Below are positions 49,520 to 61,636 of a stretch of DNA of 64,000 nt, piece after piece (the first letter of the stretch is position 1; each line of letters opens with the position of its first letter). The notes beneath the pieces are model-generated. The model was not told where the DNA came from. It was given only the letters and a program-made list of their open reading frames with translations, and made no database searches. The DNA is taken from positions 1 through 64,000 of the forward strand of contig JAUCBJ010006694.1 of the NCBI GenBank assembly GCA_032718475.1, read 5' to 3'. A program made the position numbers and the translations under genes. This stretch comes from Nemertoderma westbladi. Its lineage: Eukaryota > Animalia > Xenacoelomorpha.

Positions 49520-52500
49520 CAAGTACAAGAAACAGACCAGTGGAAATCCCAGCTGTCTGAGAGACTAACTTATGAAGAACCAACCGATGCCACTCTTTCT
49601 CAAGTGGAAGGCGAAGAGACCTCAGAGAAACCACGAACGAGAGACGCCATAGACATTTATCTGTCCGACTATCAGCGATTCCTAGGAGACGAAGAATTGA
49701 GGAGACGGCTGTCTGGACTTTCCCCCAATAGTGAAGGAACCCAGCGTGTGTTAGATTCAATCGATGCTGAAATGTTAGCTGCTAACCAAGCAGAATTTGA
49801 TGAAAAACTCCGCCTCGCTAGAGTCCAAGAAGAAAGGGTAAAGAAAAGATGGATAGAGGAACAAAAGGCGGCGGCCACGGCAGAAGCAGAAGCAGAAAGA
49901 AAAGCAGCGGCGGTAGAAGTAGAAGCAGAAAGAATAGCAGCAAAGGCAGCAGCGGCAGAAGCAGAAGCAAAAAGAAAGGCAGCGGCGGCAGAAGTAAAGG
50001 CGGAAAGGGGAGTGGCAGAAGCAGAACGGAGAGCGTCTGAGCAGACTACCCAACTGGAGTTGGAAAATCTGCAAGAGACGCAAGACAACATAAATAAACA
50101 GTTAACTGCTAGTCACATGCAGATGATGAGAAAATCTACTCCTAAACGCCAGGGATATACGTCATCGGAGGAAAGCGAAACCACCGATCCTGAAGGCGGA
50201 GGAAATAGATCTCGTCTAAGCAGGCGTAGAAAAACATCTTACCGTCACAAATTGCCTGATTTGCCCCCAGCTGTTAAAAGACAGCTAGCTAGCACAGACT
50301 TAGGTAGTACGGAACCCATAGACCAAACTGTTCAGGTCAAAAGACTCCCTACAATAGTTGATGAGCCTGAAATAATTAGGCCTGTCGTTCCCAAAGTCAT
50401 TTCTGTGTTAGAGACCCCTGTACTTCCAGAGCTTCACTCTAAATTCCCTTTACACAGTACTACACTGCCTGTACCCGGTAGAACAGTCCATGAGAATATC
50501 CCTGTCCTGGAAGCTGAGAGAGAAATCAAAGATTTGTCTCCCGTCGTCCCGCGTCAGCCCGCTACTATGTTGGCGACTCCCGCTTCGGCGGTCGAGTGGG
50601 TAGAGGAGGGACGGCGGGGGATGAATCTCCTGCTCGGACAGATGCAGGAGACTGTCCACCAGCTTAAGGGAACAGTAAGGGAAAGTAGGGCCGAATTGCA
50701 AGAAGTGCAGCAAAGTATCGCGCTAGAACGCGACAAATTAGTCAATATACAAAAGGGAATACCAATACCCCCTGTAACATTGTGTCAACCTGTTAGGTCT
50801 GAAGTATTACATGCGCAAGGTGTGGAGCCTACACGCATCTATACTGCTAGTGAAGTTGAAACTCCTATAGCAAACCCTATTAAGGGTGATTATAGACCTG
50901 TTATTAATGATATTCCCTATAGACCTGATAATGATCCGAGAAATTTATATACCGATAATTCGATATTAAATAACACGATGGCCCAAGAAAGCTTTACGCG
51001 TCAGATGGCTAGAACAGAAGCCCGCCAAGCGGTCAAAGTGGGAGAGATCGTCAAATTCAATGGAGATGAGATGAAATGGTTACCTTTCAACGAATATTAC
51101 AAAGACAGCATACAGAATTCTGTACTATCTAACGGAGAGAAACTTAGGTTCCTCATCAAGTGCTTGGAAGGACCTCCCAAGTTAATGGCGTTAAAGTTTA
51201 TTGGACATCCAGAAGGATTAAGACAAGTATGGGATACATTAAACATCAGGTATGGTAACAAGGATAACATAGCTAAGTATTTGTATGCAAAATTAGTAGC
51301 CCCCCGACACTTCCTTAGTAGCGGGATTATAGAGTTTTCCGATGAAATTCAGGAAATCTGTAGACAATTGGACTGGTTAGGTAAGTCTCATGAATATCAG
51401 AGTTCAATGGTTATTGGAGCCGTAGTCTCTACTTTACCAAAGGGTGGAGTATGTACACGCTGGGACAAGAAAGTGTTGTACATGAATGAACAACAACAAC
51501 GAAGTCCTACCATGGCTGATCTCATGTCCTTCTTAGATGGTGAGGTAAAACTACAACTCATCAAGCAGTCCAGAGAGAAAACATCGGAAAATAAGGTAAG
51601 TGAGAAACCCGCTTCTAGGAGAAGAATAACACCGGTGTGTTACACTGACGACGGCGAAAGCCAAGTTTCTCAAGAAGAGGACAGCGGGAAAGATACTGAG
51701 CGATCTTACTACGTCGACAAAACCTCAAAAGATGTAAGTAAATACAAGGCTCGAAACAACGATAGGAGAGAACAGGTTGCCAAGACCCCTCCTCAGTCTC
51801 CTAACAGAATGCACCGAAGAAAACCCGAAGAAAAAACGAGAGTGCATCAAGTTACCCAAGGTAAAGTGAGTAACATAAAACCTAACTGTGCGCTGTGCGA
51901 CGGGACCCACCGTTTGAGTGCGTGTGCTGAATTTCTAAAGAAATCCCTTGTAGACAGACGTGCAGTTGTGTGAGACAAGCGGTTATGCTATAATTGCCTC
52001 AGACCAGGACACCAACGGCGAACCTGTTACTCCGACATAAAGTGTGCAAAGTGTGGCGCGAAACATCACATCTTGTTACACAGTGAGTTCGAACGAGACA
52101 AACAGAGTCAGGTAAGTGAGCCCGAACTACATGTCCAATTCAGTGATGTAAACGACACTGATCAGGAGTCTGAGATGGAAGGATTCTATACTGACGAATT
52201 CTCCGACGCCAACGAATCCTGTTATCTAATCAATACCGCAGTGTATCGAGCACTTACTTATGAAAAGGACACCAACAATGAGTTTCCCCCAACTACTTTT
52301 GCCAAACAACCATCTTGGAAAGCTCCAACTTCCAACGTAGGAATCAGAGAATTTCCTGTGGTGCAGGTAAGAGTTCACGGTCTTAACAAAAGTTACATAG
52401 TGAACGCCCTCCTTGACTCCGGCAGCACAGGAACATTCATCGATCAAGAACTAGCCGAGGATATCTTTGCTGGACAACCCAAGTTCCGGACTAAATTGAA

Positions 52501-55500
52501 TATGTCAGGAATTATGCAGGTTTGGAAATCTACCTTAACGGCAGATTACTATGTAGGTGTGTTGTCCACCCCCCAGGATAAGTTAGGAACACAAGGTATA
52601 AGGTCGGTAAAAATGGTGGCTATAAAGAACTTCGCTACTACTCAAGCAGACCTTTATAATTGGGACGAGGATGAGAGCATCCAACATCTTGAGATACCTC
52701 GATTCCAGACAGATTATCCTGGAGTGCAAATCCTCATCGGCCAAAACGCGCATGAGGCGCTCGAAACATTGGAGAAACGGCCTGCTCAACCACAGCCACT
52801 GCAAACCTATGCAGTAAGAACTAGAGTAGGTTGGTACTTTACTGGCCCTTCCCGCAGGACTCTCGAAGAGAGAATGCCACAAGAACACACATACCAAGTA
52901 CACGATTGGGAAGTGGAGAGCAGTGAGGTGGACGAACTAACTGAGGGAACACCATACTCCTCAGATAATGACGACATCTACCAACTCTTCGATGAAGAGA
53001 ACACAATCGACCTACTTACAGAAAACCAAACTTGGAAAAGTCAAGTGAACCTATGTCAACTGATTCACCCATCGGAACCCATCGCTTACAATGACGAACT
53101 AAACGATGAGATAGAGCGCTGCAACGCTAGAACTCGGGACGAACTAGCCGTACGATTCTTTACTCAGGAACTGGTAGAGCCCAATTCATATGATAAGGCT
53201 CTATCGATAGAAGAAGAAAGAGCCAAGCAAATCCAGGAAACAACCACACGTTTTTTAAAGGACCAAGGTAGGTATGAAATCGGCCTACCATTTCGAAAAC
53301 GAGAACCTAGATTTATAAATAACAGACCCTTGGCGGAGAAAAGAATCGCTCAATTACATCGACGACTTACAGCTAATGCTTCAGCGAAAGAAATGTACCA
53401 AACTCAGCTGAAGAAATTTATAACAAAGGGATACGCGGAGCGAGTACCGGAAGGAACACCAGTGACTGAGAGAACGTATTATTTAACACATCATTACGTT
53501 CCCAAACCCGGTAAACCCCATGAAGTACGAGTCGTATTTGATGGCTCTGCTCTATATATGGGCCAATCCCTCAATTCCGAGTTGTTACCAGGACCCAACT
53601 TACTCCAATCTTTGTTGGGAATACTATTAAGATTAAGACAATATTCCATCGCGTTCGCCTCTGATATAGAAGGAATGTTCTTACAAGTCAAGGCGCTGGA
53701 TAGAGATAGAGATAGCCTGAGATTTCTGTGGTGGCCTGAAGGAGACCTCAACCAGAAACCGGTAGAGTACTGGATGACCATCCAGGCTTTTGGGATCATA
53801 TCAAGCCCTTCCAACGCCTGCTCCGTGGTGCGAACCACTACGAATGATAACCGAGACTCCTTCTCCAAAGAAGTGATAGACAACATAAAACGCAATATAT
53901 ACATGGACGACAATTTAAGGTCCCTTCCATCAGTAGAAGAAGCCATAGCTGTCGCGAAAGGAACGGTAGAGTGTTTGAAAAGAGGTGGATTTCGACTGAC
54001 GAAATTCACTAGCAACTCCCGTGAGTTTCTGGAAGCCATACCGGTAGAAGACCGCGGAGCGAAAGACTTAGATTTAATAAAGGACGATCTTCCTGAAACC
54101 AAGACGCTAGGCTTGAAGTGGGACACTGAAAGAGACATCCTGTTTTTTCAGTTAAAACAGCGAGATAATCCAGTTCGGACCAAACAGATTTGTTTAAGTA
54201 TCCTGAGCACTTATTTCGACCCATTGGGATTTATTAGCCCAGTTATATTGATTGCTCGGAGTTTAGTACAACAGATGTGGCTTGAAAACCACTCATGGGA
54301 CGATCCGCTTAAGGGAGAATTGTTGAAGAAATGGATGAAATGGGAAGATTCTCTACCTGCCATTGAGAACTTTATAATTTCCCGTGCATATTTTGGCCAT
54401 GTTCTTCCTACGTATTCCTATCAACTCCATGTGTTTGGAGACGCCAGCGACATGGGAATAGGTATAGTAGCATATCTGCGAGTCGAAACTCCGGATGGAA
54501 TCAAGGTCGCCTTGGTTACCTCTAAGGCATTGATTAACAACAAGTTAAAGGTTCCTCGAGCGGAGTTAAAGGCGGCTTTATACGCTACAGCCATCGGCCG
54601 GAACGTAACGGAACAAATCGACTATCCACTGGAGAAAACGGTTTATTGGACCGACGCTTTACTCGCTTTACAGGAACTGATAGATACTCCAGATTGGTTG
54701 GGTGGACCCGACTTCCTGAGCAAGGAAGAGGATGAATGGCCTCCTCACCTTACTACGGCAGAGATTAGACAAGCCAAGGGAGCGGAGACAGTCAAACCTA
54801 AAACCCGGGCGAGTAAATCGAAGTTATTTAAACCGACTATCGATCTATCTGTATTACATACTTCCGGGAATGATGTTTCGGATCTACAATCCCTCAACAC
54901 AAATAAGTCTGTTGTGGAAATTAGAGATAGAGATTGGAAATCTGGAATACCAGACGTCTCGCAAAGAATCTCACCCATGCTGCAGAGAGCAATGCATCAT
55001 TACAGTTCCTGGAATCGGCTCTGTAAAGCCGTCACATATTTAAGACGATGTTTTCATCATCACTACTCCAGGACGAAGACCACTAGTGATCACGCTCCAT
55101 TGACATCTGCACAAGTTCATGTTATTAAGAATTTACCCAAATATAAGATATCTGATCGTTTTCTAAAAGTGAAAATTAGTCACCAGGAGTATGAAGAAAC
55201 AAATAAACAGATACTGAGACTCCTGCAATGCTATGAGGATTCCGAAAAGTACTTCCTGTTGTTGAGAAATCCACAGATGCGCTTAAGGGATCGATTCTCG
55301 AGCACAATGATAGATGGGTTAATACGTGTTGGAGGAAGACTCACCAACGCGCCCTTATCCTTTGACACCAAATTCCCCATACTTATTAGAAATCTTGAAG
55401 TACAAATCAAGATGATTGTAGACGTTCACGGTAAACTTTACCATGCTGGTAGAGAACGAATTCTTAGCGAAATTCGAACTCGCTATTATTTTGATAAACC

Positions 55501-56637
55501 CCGTAGAGCTCTGAACCAAGTTCTTAGGAACTGCATACCCTGTATGAAAGCATTCAGTAGGCCTTTAACACAGCGAGAGGCAGTATTACCTAGGGAACGA
55601 GTAAGCTTCTATGAACCACCTTTTACTAATACTGGTGTAGATTTATTTGGCCCTATTGAAGTATATCGTGCGAGGACTATAGTCAAGAGATGGTGTGTCA
55701 TCTTCGTGTGCATGACTTGTAGAGCCATCCATCTCGATATGGTGAACGATCTATCTACCAACAGCTTCGTCTTAAGTTTACGACGACAGATCGCTCGCTT
55801 CGGGACGAGTAATACCATGAGATCGGATAAAGGAACGAACTTCATAGGTGCCAACAACGAGATACAGGCTTACGTGAAGGACTGGAACCAAAGACAGGTG
55901 GACGACCAGCTAAGGATAACAGCGTCTAGCTGGACCTTCAACGCTGCCGACGCCCTTGGTGGGGAGGAAGTTGGGAGAGATTAATTCGAAGTGTCAAAAC
56001 CGCATTTCACTTTATAGTGCCATGCCGCGCGTATCTCACCGACGAACTTTTGCGGACGTTAATGGAGGAAATCGCTGCCTATCTCAATGAGAGACCGCTT
56101 ATGCCAGTCTCGTCGAGTCCCGATTCCCTGGAAGCGCTAACACCCGCGCACTTCCTACTGAAGAAACCTGTAGCCATGCTCCCACGATCGGAGATTGCCG
56201 ACGGAGATGAATACTGCCGTCGAACTTGGCAACTTATGCAGTTGCTATCCCGTCGTTTCGCTGACCATTTCGAGAAACATTATCTGCCCACGCTACAACT
56301 TCGAACTAAGTGGTTTGCGCAGCAAGAAAACGTCAGCGCTGGAGATATGGTGCTTATTGTAGATCCAGACCTCCCACGTAAACGGTGGCAGACAGGTCGT
56401 ATCATCGAGACACACATCTCAGATGATGGTTTAGTACGCTCGGTAGAACTCATCGTCATGCGGCGTAACTTCAAGAAGCCAGGCATCATCTTTGAGACGC
56501 AACAACTCAATCGCCCAGTTGGTCGTTTATGTTTACTGGAAAGAGACAGAGAACTCTCCGGGAACTATGGAAGGCAAGACACTCTTCCCACGACCACCTA
56601 CCTAATTCCTCAAACATCTAGGGAGTCCCCAATGTGA
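49520..56637 (+). pseudogene. gag-pol of B3, disrupted
   Basis: TGG>TGA stop at 51971-51973, in-frame deletion of the RNase H C-terminal part at about 54668, and a 1-nt frameshift at about 55953 in integrase. Confidence 0.9.
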
Positions 56638-58263
56638 TACGTTTGGAGTGGGTGTATGACTATATTGTTTTATCTATTTTATTATATTTTTATATGCGAA
56701 CTTTATTATGTACTTTATTATAATCGTTTTTATTCAATTTTATTTAGTAGAATGTTATTTTAGTGATTATTTAGTAGATTAGTGCAATATATTAGTGTTT
56801 ATTACGTACGTAATTACTTATAATATATATTTAGTGCGACGGCGAGAAAATAATTATTTTTCTCTTTCCTTACTGTCCGTATCATATTATAAATACGTGA
56901 CTACAGTAAGATGAAATGTCCGTACTTATTAAAGTACAATAAAGCCACTACTATATTCAAGTATTATTGGTAGGCAGAGTATTAGGAATGCAAAGTTCAG
57001 ATCCTCGTGTCTCGGCTAAACCAAGCTCTGGGTAGACCTTGGAAACGACTTGCCTCTTCACACTGACATTGCTTCGTGCGATATTGCTCTTCTATCTTAT
57101 ATTAAATAATACATATAGTAGCGTGATGTCCCTCTAACAGTAGCGTAAAACGCAAATTAATCTGTTAAACCTTTTGACCATCTGTAATTCTAGTCGATTA
57201 AGATATCGTGGCACCCACCGATATACTTGAAAGACAAATTCTAGAATCAGTGGTTAACGTCCCCAGACAAGTTCTGGAATAAATCGGTGCCCATCTTAAA
57301 TATTAATGTAATATTTATTAAAATCTGTAAAATTCAGATCCGTTAACAATTCTAGTCGATTAAGATATCGTAGCACTTCCCGATACTCTTAAAAGACAAA
57401 TTTCATAGAATTAAGGATCCTATGTCCCCAGACCTGCTCTGGAATCAAATTGTGTCAATTTTAACATCAAATAATAAAATTCACGGGAAAAAATTTAAAT
57501 TCATATTTTTAAATGAATTTCATAAATTGTCATTTTGTACAATTTATAACATTCCCAAAATTCCATTAATTACTAGATCATGGGAGCGGAGATTCATCCT
57601 GTTGAGTGTATTAGAGTGCGAGAATCTCCAACATATAGTCAATAGCCGATAAAATTAACAAAATCATGCATAAAGAGGATATTGACAATTAAAGAATTAT
57701 TATTAAATAGCATCCCAGATCTGTATGCATGAGAATTACCCTAATTCTACCGCTAGCATTCCATAATGTCACCATAGCAACACCCACGCTAGAATTAGAA
57801 GCAAGTTAAAAGAACAATAGAAAGCTTGTCCCATTGCATAGCATAGAGAACATACCACACTGTTAGTATCCAAGGATACACAGTAATAACGTGACATTCT
57901 GGAAGGCACTGACTAACGGACAAATGGCCTGTGTGTGTGCAGTTGTTGACAGTTGTGTGGAATTTGTGCGTTTATAGGTGAATGTTACTGCTAAAGTATG
58001 TTTACAGTAGCTAGTCACAATTGTAAAAATAGCCCAACTCTCCTATAGAAAGAACCTAAGTGGATCCAAGCCTTTGGGACGGACAGTGGAGTGACTTGTG
58101 CCGGTTATCGTTGTCGTGCTGTTGCTACATGTTGGCGTAAACACCGCAACGACGGTACATCGGCGCTGAGAATCCCACTGTCCGGGGGCAAAGAAAAGTA
58201 GGCAGCGACGCCCGCTTGCCTAAATACAAACTTATTTGATATTAATAAACTCAGAAAGCAGAT

Positions 58264-59697
58264 ATGACGGAGTTAATAGAAGATGATCTCGGTATTAGGG
58301 AGCGATATACTCTACCTTTACAAGCATTTGTGGATAGCTTAATACGCGGTGAAGCCGATCCAACCATTACGGAGGACGATGGTCGTTATATCGAACCGCC
58401 GATGTCCCAAGAGCAACTTGCGCGTGAATTGGACTATCGAAAATTCACCACTCGCTATACGAATCGTAATGGTACGTATATGGACTTCCTAACGACCGGC
58501 CATCCTATCGATTTACATGATACGGACGATGTAGACACCGAAAGGGAAATGGTTCTATTTAAATATCATACCCAGCGGAGTCGGAACGATAAACCGAGAA
58601 TAGATCACGAAAATTATATTCGTAACAGACTGGGAAGACGAACCAATATGCCTAGAATCTGAGGAGATTCAGCCTATCGCGCCCGGAACAGCGACAACGA
58701 TTACATCCTAGAATGGTATCAAGGTCCACAGTGTCTCACTGCGTACAATTATCGCCATGCCAACTATGTTTCTCGGCAACGTTGTCGGTTATGCGCATCG
58801 AGAGACCATGTTACGCCCATGGACACAAACGTCCGCTGTTCCTATTTCCACGAACAACCGGTGATGGAAATTTATTGTGCGTATTGCAGACTCAATAACT
58901 TGCACATTTTTGCGGTTTGCCCTCAATTTATGACTCAATGTCACCATTGTCAACTAAAGGGACACGCCAGTTTCGATTGCCCTTTTAATCACGATTTGGA
59001 AAGCGTAGATGAAATGATCACACTACGTTACATCAGAGCTTGGGAAGCGAACGCTGATTTACATTGTGATTCGCGCCATCGTTATTATCCTGGACGCGCT
59101 TACGAAGGAATTTATGCGTTCCATCCTTATCTATTCGCTTCTGTCGAACAGAAATCACGCATATCGAGTTACGAACTACTGAAGCGCGTCGGAGAATGTA
59201 TTTCAACTAAATTCGTACTCAAATTTCTCAGGAGTGTTAATCCTAGCGACCTTCATTCCTATAACTTAATCAATTATATCCGTCAGGATCCGGACTATGG
59301 AGACTTGTTTGTTAACTCACACCCCGAGTTACAGGAAGTACATCGACGGCCTTACGAATACCGAGCCCGCGAACGCGAGTTGGAAAGGACCATTAAACCA
59401 CGGAGGTTTCTAACTGCCTATGGTCCACCCACGGCCCTCGTTCAGACCACTTGTAAAGGACCCGTAAGAGCGGCTGTCTTGAAACGAGCTCTCAAAGCCG
59501 TTAGACCCCTCTCCCCGGACGTTGATGTCAATCAACCCGGTACTTCGACTGGCGGATACACCGACCATAATCCTACACCCTCTGATGCAATCATATTGCA
59601 CCCTTCACCCAGGAGTTATAGCCCTCCTTGTAAAGTGGCTCGCCCCAAAGAGAAAAGGACTCTGGCTAGCTTTAAAAAACTGCGTAAACGCCATCCT
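58264..59697 (+). pseudogene. ORF2 remnant of B3 (same exonuclease deletion)
   Basis: ORFs 58264-58662 and 58819 onward match the ORF2 ends; same junction AGACTGGGAAGACG. Confidence 0.9.
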
Positions 59698-59707
59698 AGG
59701 CCATCCA

Positions 59708-60505
59708 TAGGCTTAAATTATAGAGCGTATGACTGTTATCAGTCCAATTCATAACACATCATATATCAAGTTATATCAACTTGTTTCTATTCTTGTATTA
59801 TCGGTTCAATATACATTATTATACTGCTGTTTACTATTGTGTTTGGTTGAATATCATTTGGAGAACATATATAAAGAACCCAAATTTCCCAATTTTCTTG
59901 ATACACTACAGGTTAGAGAGACGGGTTATATATAGCGATTGCGACTTATATTGTTGTGGTTTGTAGTGAATTTAATGCTATTTGATAAGCACTACATTGG
60001 TCCGTTGCTATTCCCTTTATATATGATAAAATTCATTGACGGTCGGCAAATTAGTGAGCAGTATTGTGTGTTACCGGTAGTGTGCATGATTGTGACTGAT
60101 AACTAAGCATTTCCTAAAGAATGCGCCTCATACGTGAATCTTAAGCCTTACCGACTTACCATTGTGATTAGTATAAGTCATATCTCTGTTTACTTAGATA
60201 GAGCGCCACGTCCTAAAGGAACTGTTAATATTTCCCGAAAGTAAATAATATTAGTCTGAAATTAATTATTAACGATCAATCGAATAATACAATACCGTAA
60301 GCTTCACTGCAATAATAATTTAAGCCCTCAGAATCCAGTCTCCCGGGATTATCCAGCGGGTGAATGGACGCGCACTAGGCTGGCTTCTGCTAATGTTGTG
60401 TTTATTGGTATTAAATATTTGTCATCTTCTAAAGTATATTTATAAACCAAAAGACATATAAATTTTGGCAGGTTAAACTGCTAAAGGTCTTCAAAAGCGC
60501 GTACA
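59708..60505 (+). repeat. Partial 3' LTR of B3
   Basis: Matches the B1 LTR from TAGGCTTAAATT to the terminal CA. Confidence 0.9.
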
Positions 60506-61636
60506 CTCTGGTTCACCAACTCCCTCTCTTTCTCAATCCTCTCTGCTTCCCTCGCAGCCCTCTCTATATACTCTCTTACCACCCTCTCTTTATACTCTCT
60601 CGCTAATTCCCTTTCCATCTCTAACAATGCAGTCCCATCATCCAGCTGTCTCTCTAATTCCTTTTGATCTAACGCGGCTATGTCTAGCTGACACACCAGA
60701 TCTATCTCTAACACCCTTCTTGCTTTCGCGGAGGGTGTAGAGGACATTTCGGTTGCGACTCCCGTCGCCACCCGGTTTTACTGATTTTATCGTGCCTGCT
60801 AGCAGTTTCACTTATCAGTTTCAGTTATCTTCCGGGATAACCTCGAGTTCGGCGTCGTTCGAACCCGCCCATCCCACTAACCCCCTGCGCATCCACCAGA
60901 TAAGGCCCTACGTACACTACACCATACCGTATAATCTCAGATCGCCACAATTCAAACAGTTCCGTAGCGACCCCCCTCGCCCTTTCACTTGCCATTTCCC
61001 CCTGCCCAAATCGGACTAGGTAGTGAAAATGTTTATTACACTCACTGAGTCTCCGAGTTAGTTTGGGTTCGTCTACCTTTCCTCCTGTCTTGGCATCCTT
61101 TAGCATCTCCCTCGTGGCGTTGTACGTGCGTCGTAGTCAATCGCTCGTCCCGACGTCCTCCTCCTCGACTTCTTGGCCTCCTCTCCTCGTCCGGCGTGGT
61201 ACCGTCGGCCCCACCGTTACCATTCCAGTGGGCTGCTCGCCGCCTGTAGCCACTGGTTGGCTGGCGACTCCGGTATTCCTCCCGCCATTCCCGTCCCGTG
61301 TCAACTCCCGCTTCTCGTCTCCTCGTACCCGTCCGCCTTCCTCCTCTACCACCGGGCCGTTGTCTCTCGGCGAATCCAGTGTGGCGGGCCGGTACCGCCT
61401 CGTCTCCGCTTCCCGAATCGTTTGGTCTCTGTCGCTCGGGGTTCGCAGCAGACTTCCACCCCTCTCTGAACCCTGGGGCATTCGTTCGCTCATTGTTGGC
61501 GTGTCACAGTTCACTCGTAGTCTGATTTTTAACTCAAAGATAGCTGTAGGCCTGCCGACAATAAGACCAAGAAAGATACCAGTACTAGGCCTATCCAGAT
61601 TTTATATTTTGAGTCAGACTACAGCCAGACAGCACA

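Larger units (their letters stand above)
49520..60505 (+). mobile_element. BEL/Pao copy B3, 5'-truncated inside gag; PPT and U3 deleted
   Basis: Homology to copy A gag starts at about 49520. Partial LTR 59708-60505 ends GCGTACA. Confidence 0.93.
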
